This document shows positions 10,224-20,194 of a stretch of DNA of 64,000 nucleotides, piece after piece (within the stretch, counting starts at the first letter, position 1; each line of letters opens with the position of its first letter). The stretch spans positions 5,931-69,930 of the IMG/VR virus record IMGVR_UViG_3300031996_000004; one strand, given 5' to 3'. A program made the position numbers and the translations under genes. The stretch is from a virus (lineage: Duplodnaviria > Caudoviricetes). Under the pieces are notes generated by a model, which saw only the letters and a list, made by a program, of their open reading frames with translations, ran no database searches and was not told the DNA's origin.

Positions 10224-11240
10224 CTAGGCGACCTCGACGCCGATCTCCATCGCGTTGATGCCAGCAGTGGTCCACGCGGCCGCAGTCGCTGGGTCGTTCT
10301 CGAGCAGGCGTATTGCGACTGTGTCCGCAGTGCTGAGCGTGGTGCTACCGCCGGAATAGTCAGTTCCTGCCGAGCGAGCAACCGTCTTCAGACTGCGTGT
10401 GCCGGCGTCGGTCTTCTTGGCAATGGCGCACAGCTGCACACCCTTGACGGCGTAGCCGGCTGCGATGTCGAGGGTGGCGTAGGTGTCCTTGTTGCCGACC
10501 GCCAAGCCAGTCACGTAGTCGGTGGCTGAATAGGGCAGCTCATCCACCGCAGCCCAGTTCGCCCCGGTGGATGGAGTCAGCTGGGTGGTGGTGCCTGCTC
10601 CGGTCGGCACGAGAGACTGCACGCGGACGTCGCCGAGGAAGGTGTTGTTGGCAGTGCCGAGCGCATCGCAGATGTAGAGGTCGTCGAACCAGTTGAAGAG
10701 GCTGCCGCTGCCGTTGTTGCCGCCACCGGCGATACAGATGGCGTCGATGTTGGTCGACGTACCGCCGTTCCTGGTGTCGCCGGTGTAGTCGAAGATGGTG
10801 GCACCGTCGACCTTCACGACGGCCCGGCCGCCAGTATCGGCAATCGTGGTCATGAACTCGAAGTAGTGCCAGTTGGCGTCGAAGACGTTGGCGGCCGAGG
10901 TGCTGATCAGTGTGTTGCCGTTGTAGAGCTGCAGCTGGAAGGTGGCTGTGCGTCGGACGTTGAAGTGCATGACGGTGCCGCTGTCGCCGTAGGCGCCGAA
11001 AATGGCGGTGCCGTAGACAGTGACCTGGCTCTGCAGCGCAAAGCCAACGTAGACCTGGGCCGACGGTGTGATCGACCGCTTGTAGAGCGCACCGGAGCTG
11101 CTGCACCCCATTCCGACACAGGAGCCGCTGAAGCGTCCAGTGCCGTAGGTCAGTGTCTGGTTGAAGTTGGTGTCTTGGAGCCAGCGTCCGGTCAGGGACG
11201 TGTCTCGAGCGTCGAACCCGTCTATGTAGAGCAGCGTCAC
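10224..11240 (-). CDS. Virion structural protein with ConA-like domain (minor tail)
   Basis: GTG at 11240 with RBS gggagg. LLYIDGFD...WHYFEF...VKVDG...FDDLYICD...FLGDVRV pattern. Confidence 0.7.
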   Translation of the reverse strand: MTLLYIDGFDARDTSLTGRWLQDTNFNQTLTYGTGRFSGSCVGMGCSSSGALYKRSITPSAQVYVGFALQSQVTVYGTAIFGAYGDSGTVMHFNVRRTATFQLQLYNGNTLISTSAANVFDANWHYFEFMTTIADTGGRAVVKVDGATIFDYTGDTRNGGTSTNIDAICIAGGGNNGSGSLFNWFDDLYICDALGTANNTFLGDVRVQSLVPTGAGTTTQLTPSTGANWAAVDELPYSATDYVTGLAVGNKDTYATLDIAAGYAVKGVQLCAIAKKTDAGTRSLKTVARSAGTDYSGGSTTLSTADTVAIRLLENDPATAAAWTTAGINAMEIGVEVA

Positions 11241-11268
11241 GGCTGCCTCCCTTCCCTGCTGGAGAAGG

Positions 11269-11685
11269 TCAGCTGCCCGCCGAGCCGACCTGGAAGTTGC
11301 CGGCGCCGATCTGCGGGGTCGCGCCCGAGCCGATCGGGACCGAGGAGCCGAGCGCGGCGTAGCCAAGGAAGGTGCCGGCGCTGGCGGCGTCGAACCAGGC
11401 GATGCCCACCGCGGTGCCCCAGCTGGCGGTAGCCGTCGGCCAGGTGATCGCGGTGCCGTTGGACTTCAGCCGCGCCGTGGCGTCCGGGAAGTTGGCCGCG
11501 TTGTTGGTCACCGCCACCCGGGCGTACGCGCCTCCGGTGGCCTCCACCAGCCCGGCGCCGGTGTTGTCGGTCGGCGCTGTGGTGCAGATCGCGAAGTAGT
11601 AGGTGGCTGGCGCGTTGGAGGCCTTGGCCCCAAAGCGCACGTCCAGGCTGTTGTTGGACTGGGCATCGGACAGACGGCTGGGCAT
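11269..11685 (-). CDS. Small tail fibre/minor tail protein (paralog 1)
   Basis: EATGGAYARVAV...ITWPTATASWGT...motif shared with 11816..12235 and 13238..13654. Confidence 0.7.
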   Translation of the reverse strand: MPSRLSDAQSNNSLDVRFGAKASNAPATYYFAICTTAPTDNTGAGLVEATGGAYARVAVTNNAANFPDATARLKSNGTAITWPTATASWGTAVGIAWFDAASAGTFLGYAALGSSVPIGSGATPQIGAGNFQVGSAGS

Positions 11686-11777
11686 CAGGCGCTACCTTCC
11701 TGGTCGTCGTCGACCGCGACGACTCCTAGGTCGAGCAGGAAGGTCTCCTGCTGGGGCTCTTGGGGCTGTTCGCTCAT
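11685..11777 (-). CDS. 30-aa acidic peptide
   Basis: MSEQPQEPQQETFLLDLGVVAVDDDQEGSA; its stop overlaps the next ATG; fills the gap between genes. Confidence 0.45.
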   Translation of the reverse strand: MSEQPQEPQQETFLLDLGVVAVDDDQEGSA

Positions 11778-11815
11778 TGTGGTGCATCCTCTCCGCTGGG
11801 TACGGCTCATTCGGG

Positions 11816-12235
11816 TCAAGCGTCCTGGTAGATGACCAGCGAGCCGGGTGGGAAGCGTGGCTGGGCGCCTGCCCCGAGCACCGTAGCGGTTGCCGTGAGC
11901 TCTCCGGCGTACCAGACCACCCCGGCCGAGGGGGCGCTCATGATCGCCCAGTGGTCGTAGGGCCCGGTCGGGGCGTAGCTGCCGGTGGTCACCGGGAAGT
12001 TGACGCTGGCGATGTTGGCGATGGACGTCGCGCTTGCCGCGATGGTGCCCCACAGCGCGTCGCCGTTGGCGACCGCGGCGCGGGCGTAGCCGCCGCCGGA
12101 CGCCTCGGTGCCGCCAGAGAGCGGGTCGCCGATGAACAGCGCGACGTACAGGGTGTCCAGCGCGTCCATGGACCGCCGGCCACCGAACCGGGCACGCAGG
12201 GACTGCCCACGCGCGGTGCTGCCCAGAGTTGCCAT
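11816..12235 (-). CDS. Small tail fibre/minor tail protein (paralog 2)
   Basis: Start MATLGSTARG at 12235; YVALFIGDP...EASGGGYARAAV...NFPVTTGSY. Confidence 0.7.
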   Translation of the reverse strand: MATLGSTARGQSLRARFGGRRSMDALDTLYVALFIGDPLSGGTEASGGGYARAAVANGDALWGTIAASATSIANIASVNFPVTTGSYAPTGPYDHWAIMSAPSAGVVWYAGELTATATVLGAGAQPRFPPGSLVIYQDA

Positions 12236-13092
12236 CAGACCCAGCTGCCCGCTTCGCAGTAGAGACGGAAGGCCCATAGCGACAGCACGGCATTGGTCGG
12301 GGTGACCCGGCGGAAGGTGACCGGCAGCGAGATGGCCCCTGGCGCGAGGTCGGGCAGCGTCTGCTGCGCGCCGAAGTTGGTCGCGTCCAGCGACAGCAGG
12401 TGCTGGCCGGGCACTGACGGGCTGGTGTCGGTCAGCGCGTCCATGGCGATCCGGGGTGCTTGCGCGGTCAGCGTGCTGGACAGGTTCTTGACCCGGAACT
12501 GCCGGTCCGCGCTCGAGGAGCGCGGGGTGTTGCCCCAGTCGAACCAGGCTGCGCTGACCCGCTGGTTCAGACTCGGGTGCCACAGCGCGAGTCGGTTCGG
12601 GTTCTGGTTCGGGGCGATCTCGCCGTACAGGTGCACGCTGCGAAAGTCCGGCCCCCACGGACCGTTCGCGCCGATCTTGACCGCCTTGATCTGTAGCGCG
12701 GTGGTGCTCTGGATCTGGCTGCGGTAGTTCGGTTGGGTCTGGACTGGGGCGGTGTAGGCGCTGACCAGCTCCTCCCAGGTGCCGTCGACGCCGTTGGTGG
12801 AGTCCGGGGAGACCCACACTGTGGCCTGTACCGTCCGAGTGGTGTCGCCCAGGGTGGTAGCGGCGAGGAAGATGCCGTCCAGGTCGCGCAGCTCAGGGAA
12901 GATGAAGACCAGATAGCCGTAGCCCTGGTTGACCGAGCTCTTCCAGGTGAGGTTGTTCTCGTCGTTCAGGCTGCGGGCCTGCGTGGTGGTCAACGCGGTG
13001 ACGTTGTTCGACAGGTCGACCTCGAAGACCTGGGTGCCGTCCTTGTCGTAGGCCATCCGCCAGCTCGGCACATCGGGGTAGTTGCCGGCCAC
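12235..13092 (-). CDS. Minor tail protein
   Basis: 285 aa, translationally coupled; beta-rich, discoidin-like character. Confidence 0.65.
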   Translation of the reverse strand: MAGNYPDVPSWRMAYDKDGTQVFEVDLSNNVTALTTTQARSLNDENNLTWKSSVNQGYGYLVFIFPELRDLDGIFLAATTLGDTTRTVQATVWVSPDSTNGVDGTWEELVSAYTAPVQTQPNYRSQIQSTTALQIKAVKIGANGPWGPDFRSVHLYGEIAPNQNPNRLALWHPSLNQRVSAAWFDWGNTPRSSSADRQFRVKNLSSTLTAQAPRIAMDALTDTSPSVPGQHLLSLDATNFGAQQTLPDLAPGAISLPVTFRRVTPTNAVLSLWAFRLYCEAGSWV

Positions 13093-13229
13093 TACTGCTC
13101 ACGCTCCCAGGTGATCTTGTCGGTGGTGTGCCAGACCTGTCCGCATGTGCAGGTCCAGTTCCCGTCCGCGTCCGGGTGCTCCCGGCTCGGGGCGCACCAG
13201 TGGCGCCCGTCCTTGTAGTCGATCGGCAT
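13092..13229 (-). CDS. 45-aa Cys/His-containing peptide
   Basis: MPIDYKDGRHWCAPSREHPDADGNWTCTCGQVWHTTDKITWEREQ; RBS ggagg; coupled to the next gene. Confidence 0.6.
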   Translation of the reverse strand: MPIDYKDGRHWCAPSREHPDADGNWTCTCGQVWHTTDKITWEREQ

Positions 13230-13237
13230 CTGCCCTC

Positions 13238-13654
13238 CTAGTCGTACAGTCCCAGCATGATGGCCCCGGAGTCCAGCACCGGGATCATCCCGGACACTGC
13301 GCTGAAGGGGTTGCCCAGACTGCCTACCGCCACACACTGCCCGGCGAGTACATCCAGCAGGGCCCAGCCGCTGATCAGCCCCCAGTCCGAGGTCACCTGG
13401 GCGAACTCTATGGGGTCGACGTTGTAGAACTCGGCGAACCCGGTGGAGACCCACTTGGCCGCAGTGGTCGGGTAGCTGGCCCGGGCGTAGCCCAGCGTGG
13501 CGTCCGGCTCGATGAGCTGGTCGATGCTGGAGTTGTTCGCCGGCGGGTAGCGCGTCAGCGCGACCCCGTAGGTGGCCACCGGGGCGTAGTCGTCCGGGTT
13601 GAGCATGGCCTGCAGCATCTGGCCGCGGCCGTACATCGTGAACGTGGAGCCCAT
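13238..13654 (-). CDS. Small tail fibre/minor tail protein (paralog 3)
   Basis: YGVAL...EPDATLGYARASY...IEFAQVTSDWG. Confidence 0.65.
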   Translation of the reverse strand: MGSTFTMYGRGQMLQAMLNPDDYAPVATYGVALTRYPPANNSSIDQLIEPDATLGYARASYPTTAAKWVSTGFAEFYNVDPIEFAQVTSDWGLISGWALLDVLAGQCVAVGSLGNPFSAVSGMIPVLDSGAIMLGLYD

Positions 13655-14100
13655 CAGGCCACCTGAGCGATCGTCATGGCCGGCAGCCGCGGCACGGTGG
13701 CGCGCACGACGGCCAGCGTCGCGATCCAGAACTCCTGCTGGGTCTCCACGGTGTAGTCGGCCGGCGACGCGCAGCTCCAGGTCTGCTCGAGGTCCCCGAT
13801 GCGCAGCTTGAAGGAGTAGGCCAGCTGGTCGTAGGCATCAGTCAGAGCGCTGACGCGCTCTGACAGCTCGAACGGGCTGGCGCCGCGTACGTAGACCACC
13901 ACGTCCTCGGAGACGCTCTCGCGCACGCTGCGGGTCACGTAGGTGCCCGGCACCCACTCGTTGGCTACCTCGGTCTTGCGGTGGCTGGTCGCCCGCCGCG
14001 CGAAGGAGTCCTTGTGCAGCTCGTAGCCGTTGGCGGCGTCCTCCAGCTCGATCCAGCCAGTAGGGGCCAGCACCGAGGCGGACACGTCCAGGTCAGCCAC
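13654..14100 (-). CDS. Distal tail (Dit)-like protein
   Basis: Immediately downstream of the tape measure gene; 148 aa. Confidence 0.6.
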   Translation of the reverse strand: MADLDVSASVLAPTGWIELEDAANGYELHKDSFARRATSHRKTEVANEWVPGTYVTRSVRESVSEDVVVYVRGASPFELSERVSALTDAYDQLAYSFKLRIGDLEQTWSCASPADYTVETQQEFWIATLAVVRATVPRLPAMTIAQVA

Positions 14101-17100
14101 CGTTCCTCCTCACGCCTCGGGTCTGGGTCAGTCGCTGCCGGGTCGCCTTGGTCTCGAGCTTGCGCCCCATCTCGTCGGGGTCCTGGCTGACCACGGTGAT
14201 CCTCGCATCCCCGAAGTCGTTGCGCTGGTCATAGGTGATCCGCTGGTTGTTGTGCACCGTCATGTGCACCGCCTTGCCCGAGGACAGCGTGCGGCCCTGC
14301 TCGGCAGAGAGCACCGTACCGGCCATCTGCGACAGTTTGGTCACCCCAGCCCACTGCTGGTCGGTGAGCACCTTCTCCGGCTTGCCGGTGGCGTTGTAGA
14401 CCATCTGCAGGCCCGGCGGCAGGTCGCCGCCGGAGTCGTAGCCGGTGGGCTTGATCCGCGGGTCGATCGCGGCCAGCGAGCCGTAGCGCTTGATCGCGTA
14501 GTTGGCGCCGGCGTAGATGTTCGCCTTGGGGTTCCAGATGTCGTCCGGCAGGGTCTTGGAGCGGTAGGCCCGGAAGGTCGGGTCGATGACCTGCATCAGG
14601 CCCTTGGACGGCACGCCGTTCTTGGCGTTGACGTCCCACAGGTTGATCGCCTTGGGGTTGCCGCCGCTCTCGAGGTCGATGCGGCGCAGCACGGCGCCGA
14701 GCTCGCCGGTGGAGCGCCCGAGCATGTGCAGCACCTCGACCACGGTGCCCTGCCACTGCTTGGCGCCGCCCTTGCCGGTGTATGCCGCGGTGCTGCTCCC
14801 GCCGCCGCCGCCGTAGACCTCCTCGAGCTGCTTGGCGACCATGTCCCGCAGCTGGCCGTACCAGCCGCCCTTCTTGGGGTCGATGCTCTTCATCACCGAG
14901 GCGACGTCGAAGCCACCGCCGGCTCCGCCGGCGGAGGACAGGAACTTCTGGACGGCTGCGCCGACCATGTTGCCGCGGTTGGAGATGTCGAAGTGGGCGT
15001 GGTCGTAGTGCCCGGCGCTCTGCCAGATGGTGCGCAGCCCGTACTGCCCGGCCAGCCCGATGATCGCGTTGATCGCGTTCTTCTCGTTCTTGAACGGGGA
15101 GTTGAACGGGTCGGCGTTGACGTCGATCGCCCCACCGCCGCCCGGGCCGCGCTTGTTGTAGTGCTCGCTGCCCGGTGCGTGCACCGGGTGCACGCCGCCG
15201 AACATCGGGTGCTCGGAGACCGCGTAGCCCTTCTTACGCAGCAGCTTGCCGAACTCGATCAGGCCGCCGTCGGCGAAGCCGGCGATGAGCTCCTTGGGGA
15301 TCCGCTTCTTGCGGATCGCCTCCATGGCGTTCACGCCGTAGTGGTTCACCGTGTCGACCGGCTGCATGAACTCCCCGGCGGTGGCCCAGACCGGGATGTT
15401 GTCGGCCTTGGCGTGCGGGGAGAAGCCGTCGATGGTGCCGCCCTCGGCCTTGAGCTGGCCGCCCTTGGTCGACTGGCCGCCGTAGGCGCTGGCCGGCCGG
15501 TCGCTGGCCGTGGGCAGGTCGATGCCCAGCTCACCGGCCACCCGCTTCATCGCGGGGATGACCTCGGTCTGCATCTGGGAGACGAACTTCTTGGTGTCGT
15601 TGGTGACCAGCGACTGGTAGGCGCCGGTCTGGCCGGCCATGGCCTTCATCACTGCCTTGTTGAGGTCGGCCATGGACCCCGAGATGGTCTCGTCGGCGCG
15701 CTTGATGTCCTCGCTCATCCGGTCCAGACCGGTCTGCAGCCCAGCCTGCTGGCGGGCCAGGCTGGTGGCCTGGTCGGTCTCCATGCGGCCCAGGTTGCGG
15801 CTCAGGTCGGCCTCGTTGCGGGCCAGGCTGGTGGCGAAGTCAGTGGCTCCGCGGCGCATCGAGCGCGCGAAGTCGTCGCTCTGGTCACGCAGCGACTTGG
15901 CCAGGTCTGCCCGGGCCCGGCCGAGGTTGGTCCGCAGGTCGGTGGACATGTCGCCCAGCGACTTGGCCAGGTCCTCCTTGGCCCGCTTGAGGTCGGTGTT
16001 GGAGGCGTCGGTGACCAGAGCGCCGGCGTCCTTGCCGCGCTGGGCCGCGATCTTGTTGAGCTGGGCGATCTGGCTGGGGTCGGAGCCGAAGTCGGCGACC
16101 AGGTTGTTCACCTGCTGGGCGTTCTCGGCCTTGCCGAGCTGCAGCTGGTCGATGGCCTGGGCGCTCAGCCCCATCTTGCGCAGCTGGTCCAGCTGGGCCT
16201 TCTGCTTCTCCAGCGCCGCGTTCTGCTCGCGCAGGTTGACCATCAGGTTCTTGGCGTCCCAGGTGGCCTTGGTCTGGATCCGGTCGTAGGGGTCGTACAG
16301 GCTCTTGGCGGCGTCCTCGATCTGGCGCTGGAGCCCGATGTTGAAGTCCCTGATCGCCCGGGCGCGGGTCTTCAGCGCGTCCTGCTCGGCGCGCTCCATG
16401 CTGGTGTTGAAGTCGCGCAGCTGGCGGCCGCGAGCGGTGTTGAAGTCCTCCTCGGCCCGCGAGACCTGCTTGTGGTAGTCCTCCTGGGCCCGGGCCTTGG
16501 ACAGGTTGGCGTCCTGGACGATCCGGGTCTCCTGCTTGGAGAAGTCCTGGGTGGCGTACAGCCGCTGCCGGTCGAAGTCCTGCTGGGCCCGGCTGGCGCT
16601 GATCTCGTACTCGCGCTGGGCCTGCAGCCGGGCCTTGAGCCGCTCGGCGTTGGCCTGGTCCATCCCCAGCAGGTTCTGCTGTGCCTGGCGCTTCTCGGCG
16701 GCCTGGGTGGGGTTCTTGGCGTCCTGGGTGGCCAGCGTGGTCTGGTAGGCGTACTGCTGGGCCATCGCGTCGGCCGGGCTCATGCCGATCTGCTGGCGCG
16801 CCATGGTGAACTCGGCGCGCGCCTGGGCCGCCTTGACGATGGCGAACTCCTGGCTGGCCTCAGACAGGTTGTTGGCCGCCTTGACCGCCTCCCCGCCCAG
16901 CTGAGCCATCGAGGCACCGGTCTGCTGGGCGTGGGTGACCATCGCGCCAGCGGCCTTGTCCAGCGCCTGCACGTTGCCGGGCTGGGCCAGTGAGGAGGCC
17001 ACCGCCTGGTTGGCCGCGCCGCCTCGGCGCGCGTCGAAGAACTGGCTCATCATGGCCGAGACCGGCTCGAGGTTCTTGGAGACCGCGGACTGGATCTCGT

Positions 17101-20100
17101 TGGCCTCGATGTTGCCGCCGGCTGCCTTGCGCTTGGCCTCGAGGTCTTGGTAGCCCTTGGCGTAGTCCTTGTCCTGCTTGGACAGGAACGCCCCGATGTC
17201 GCCGCCGGCCTTGTCGAAGTCGCGGCCGGTCATCTGGTAGCCGCCCTGCTTGCCAGACAGGTCCTGGGTCAGCGAGCGCGCGACCTTGTCGAAGACCTCG
17301 GCGTTGCCGGTCTTCTTGGCCTCCTCGAGCATCGCGTTGGCGCTCTTGATGCGCTCCTGCTGGGCATAGTCGGTGCCGTAGGTGGTGCTCTGGGACAGGA
17401 AGCGCTTGGACTGGGAGTCGACGGCGTTGTCGATCTGCTTCTTGGTGTCGTCGCTCAGGTGGCTGCGGTACAGCGCGCCGCCCGCACTGGTCGAGCCCAA
17501 GATGGCGTCCAGCCACCCTGGCCCCCGGTGGCTGGCGTTGTAGTCGCTCATCGAGTTGCTGTTGAACGGGGCCACCAGCCCGCTCAGGAAGCCGCCGCGC
17601 GGGTCGGCCTTGCCGGCCGCCTGCATGATGTTCCGGAAGTCGCCCTCGGCGGCCCCAACCGGGGCCTGCCCGACTCCGGCAGCGTTGATGCTCGGGCCGA
17701 CCTTGTTGAGCACGTCTTGGACGAACGAGCTGTTGTTGGGGTTCTGGCGCAGCAGGTCGACCTTGACGGCCTGCAGCTCGTCCGGGGTCATCCCGTTTGG
17801 GGCTGTGGCCTTGATCTGGGAGGCCTGCTGCTCGGCGGTGCCCTGGTAGTGGTGCACCACCTTGGACAGGCTGCCCTGGGCCACCGTCAGGTCGTCGGCG
17901 GTGACATTGAGCGCCTGAGTGATGCTGCTGGTGGCCGCGGCGATGTTCTTGCCCAGGGTGTCGGTCATCGAGCCGTGCGTGATGGCCGGGCCGGTCGCCT
18001 TGCCGATGGAGTCGCGGTAGGCGTCCAGCGTCTCGGAGATGTTGCGGTTGGCCAGCTCGTCCGCGGTGTCCTTGCGGCTCTGCGAGCTGTTGCGCGCGGC
18101 CATGCCGAGCCCGAGGATGCCCATCACTCCAAGGCCGGCTGCTCCGCCCACAGAGGACAGCAGCGCGCCTCCGGCGCGCATCCCGACATTGGCCACGTCG
18201 CCAGCGGCCCGCATGCCCATGGCGCCCATCCCGAGCGGGACCTGGGCGGCGCTGAGTGCCAGCCGGCGGAACATCGAGGCGCCGTCGCCGGCGGCCAGCA
18301 GGCGCTTCTGCAGCGACTCCGCAGCGCTGCCCACGCCCTTGAAGCCGAGCGGGTCGCCAGTCTTGGGCAGGTTCAGCCCGCCGACCGGGCCCCTGGCGAA
18401 CTGGGCGGCAGCGAACTGGTTGCCCTGGCGGAAGAGGGCCGCCTGGGCCTGCGCGGTGGCGCTGGCCCCCGGCAGGCTGGACATCGGGTTGGCGTACCTG
18501 GCGCTCCAGATGCCGCGCAGCTCGTTGCCAAAGCCGCGCCACGGGGTGGCAATGGTGCCCGCCCCGACCTGCCTCCGCAGGCTCGGGTCGTTCTGGGCGC
18601 CGTTGAACAGCGACCCGGAGATCATCCGCAGGTTCATGTCGGCCAGCGAGGCCACACCGCCCCTGGCCATCCGCAGACGGTCACCCAGGGAGTAGGTCCC
18701 GGTGCCCGGGGCGGCCGGACCCATCCCGTTGCCCAGCCCACGGCCGTACTGCAGGAAGCGGGCCCCGATGGTGCCCAGCCGGCCCTCATCGGCGGCGTTC
18801 TGCGAGGGTGCGCCGAACCGGCGCAAGAAGGAGCCCTGCCCCAGGCCGCGGCCCTGGGAGTAGCCCGCGGCCAGTGCGCGCAGCGGGGTGGAGGTCAGCG
18901 CCTGCCGGGTCAGCCCCAGCGCGCTCAGCGGCCCCAGCAGGGCCCGTGCGCCCATGATCCCGATGCCGCCGTAGGCCAGCGCGCTCAAGGCGCCCTGAGC
19001 CGGCTTGGAGCTCACTACGCTGCCCAGCAGGCTGGTGGTCTTGCCCAGCAGGTCGGTGAATGCGGTCAGTGGACGCAGCAGCGGGGCGCCGAACGCCTCG
19101 GCCAGCTGCTGGCTGCTCGAGGTGAGCTTGTTGACCGAGTCGTTGAGCCCGCCGAACGCGGCCTCTGCGGCCTTCTGGGTGCTGCCCGAGCCGAAGCCCT
19201 CGGCAGCCTGTGCCACGGTCGTGCGGATGCCGCCTTGTGCCGCCAGCGCGGTCAGGTAGCGGCTGGTGCGAGGGCCGTCCAGGCCGAGCATCTCCAGCTG
19301 ACGCGGCGCGGCCTGCGGGTTCTTGGCCAGCGCCTCGGTGACCTGGGTCAGCGCCTCGGTCGGGTTGTTCTTGAAGAGCTTCTCGAACTCGTCGCTGGTC
19401 TTGCCGACGATCTGGGCGTAGGCAGCCATCTCCGGGGTGCCGTCGCGCACCGAGCGGGACATGTCCGAGAGCATCTTGTTGACTGCGGTGGAGGCCCCGA
19501 CGCCGTCCTCGCCCATCTTGGCGAAGGCGCTGGAGATGCCCAGGATGCCGGTGGCCCCGATCCCGGCCGCCTGGGCCATCGGGGCGATGTTCTTGGAGAA
19601 GGCCAGCACGTTGGTCGCGCTGGCCCCGCTCTTGGCGCTGACTGTGGTCAGCGCGTCCCCGAGCCGCTCGAAGCGCTTGGGGTCCAGGTTGGTGTTCCCG
19701 CTGGCGCGGGCGAGCTCGACCATGCCAGAGGTCAGTCCGCCCAGGCCCTCGCCGGTGGCCCCGGAGAGCTGGACCACCGACTTGCTCAGCTTCAGGACCC
19801 GGGCCTCGCTGCCCTCGGTGGCCACGCCCATCTTGGTGATCTGCTCGACGGTCTGGCGCGCGGCCGCGTTGCCGATCGGGAAGTCCCGGGCGAGCTGGCG
19901 CATGCCGTTGGCCAGCCGGGTGGTGTTGGCGTGGGTGACGGTCGCCTGGGCGGCGACCCCGGACAGCGCCTGTTGGGTGTTGGCAGCCGAGGCGGCCATG
20001 CCGCCCCAGGCCAGCAGGGTGGCCCGCTTGGGGGTGACTGCGTCGATGGCCCGCTGGACCATCGTGGTCTGCGCGGTCAGCCCGCCGAAGGACTGCTGCA

Positions 20101-20188
20101 GCTGACTGTTCGCCCCGGTGATCTGCTGGGCCCCGGCGAGGTAGGTCGAGGGGTCCATCCCGAGGTCGATCGTGATGTCGTCAGCCAC
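14093..20188 (-). CDS. Tape measure protein with C-terminal peptidoglycan hydrolase domains
   Basis: 2031 aa, Ala-rich helical. N-terminal TP901-type TMP region; coiled-coil repeats; SLT motif (ESGGNPKAINLWD...GLMQVIDPTF...ANIYAGANYAIKRYG). Confidence 0.95.
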   Translation of the reverse strand: MADDITIDLGMDPSTYLAGAQQITGANSQLQQSFGGLTAQTTMVQRAIDAVTPKRATLLAWGGMAASAANTQQALSGVAAQATVTHANTTRLANGMRQLARDFPIGNAAARQTVEQITKMGVATEGSEARVLKLSKSVVQLSGATGEGLGGLTSGMVELARASGNTNLDPKRFERLGDALTTVSAKSGASATNVLAFSKNIAPMAQAAGIGATGILGISSAFAKMGEDGVGASTAVNKMLSDMSRSVRDGTPEMAAYAQIVGKTSDEFEKLFKNNPTEALTQVTEALAKNPQAAPRQLEMLGLDGPRTSRYLTALAAQGGIRTTVAQAAEGFGSGSTQKAAEAAFGGLNDSVNKLTSSSQQLAEAFGAPLLRPLTAFTDLLGKTTSLLGSVVSSKPAQGALSALAYGGIGIMGARALLGPLSALGLTRQALTSTPLRALAAGYSQGRGLGQGSFLRRFGAPSQNAADEGRLGTIGARFLQYGRGLGNGMGPAAPGTGTYSLGDRLRMARGGVASLADMNLRMISGSLFNGAQNDPSLRRQVGAGTIATPWRGFGNELRGIWSARYANPMSSLPGASATAQAQAALFRQGNQFAAAQFARGPVGGLNLPKTGDPLGFKGVGSAAESLQKRLLAAGDGASMFRRLALSAAQVPLGMGAMGMRAAGDVANVGMRAGGALLSSVGGAAGLGVMGILGLGMAARNSSQSRKDTADELANRNISETLDAYRDSIGKATGPAITHGSMTDTLGKNIAAATSSITQALNVTADDLTVAQGSLSKVVHHYQGTAEQQASQIKATAPNGMTPDELQAVKVDLLRQNPNNSSFVQDVLNKVGPSINAAGVGQAPVGAAEGDFRNIMQAAGKADPRGGFLSGLVAPFNSNSMSDYNASHRGPGWLDAILGSTSAGGALYRSHLSDDTKKQIDNAVDSQSKRFLSQSTTYGTDYAQQERIKSANAMLEEAKKTGNAEVFDKVARSLTQDLSGKQGGYQMTGRDFDKAGGDIGAFLSKQDKDYAKGYQDLEAKRKAAGGNIEANEIQSAVSKNLEPVSAMMSQFFDARRGGAANQAVASSLAQPGNVQALDKAAGAMVTHAQQTGASMAQLGGEAVKAANNLSEASQEFAIVKAAQARAEFTMARQQIGMSPADAMAQQYAYQTTLATQDAKNPTQAAEKRQAQQNLLGMDQANAERLKARLQAQREYEISASRAQQDFDRQRLYATQDFSKQETRIVQDANLSKARAQEDYHKQVSRAEEDFNTARGRQLRDFNTSMERAEQDALKTRARAIRDFNIGLQRQIEDAAKSLYDPYDRIQTKATWDAKNLMVNLREQNAALEKQKAQLDQLRKMGLSAQAIDQLQLGKAENAQQVNNLVADFGSDPSQIAQLNKIAAQRGKDAGALVTDASNTDLKRAKEDLAKSLGDMSTDLRTNLGRARADLAKSLRDQSDDFARSMRRGATDFATSLARNEADLSRNLGRMETDQATSLARQQAGLQTGLDRMSEDIKRADETISGSMADLNKAVMKAMAGQTGAYQSLVTNDTKKFVSQMQTEVIPAMKRVAGELGIDLPTASDRPASAYGGQSTKGGQLKAEGGTIDGFSPHAKADNIPVWATAGEFMQPVDTVNHYGVNAMEAIRKKRIPKELIAGFADGGLIEFGKLLRKKGYAVSEHPMFGGVHPVHAPGSEHYNKRGPGGGGAIDVNADPFNSPFKNEKNAINAIIGLAGQYGLRTIWQSAGHYDHAHFDISNRGNMVGAAVQKFLSSAGGAGGGFDVASVMKSIDPKKGGWYGQLRDMVAKQLEEVYGGGGGSSTAAYTGKGGAKQWQGTVVEVLHMLGRSTGELGAVLRRIDLESGGNPKAINLWDVNAKNGVPSKGLMQVIDPTFRAYRSKTLPDDIWNPKANIYAGANYAIKRYGSLAAIDPRIKPTGYDSGGDLPPGLQMVYNATGKPEKVLTDQQWAGVTKLSQMAGTVLSAEQGRTLSSGKAVHMTVHNNQRITYDQRNDFGDARITVVSQDPDEMGRKLETKATRQRLTQTRGVRRNGG

Positions 20189-20194
20189 CCTCGC

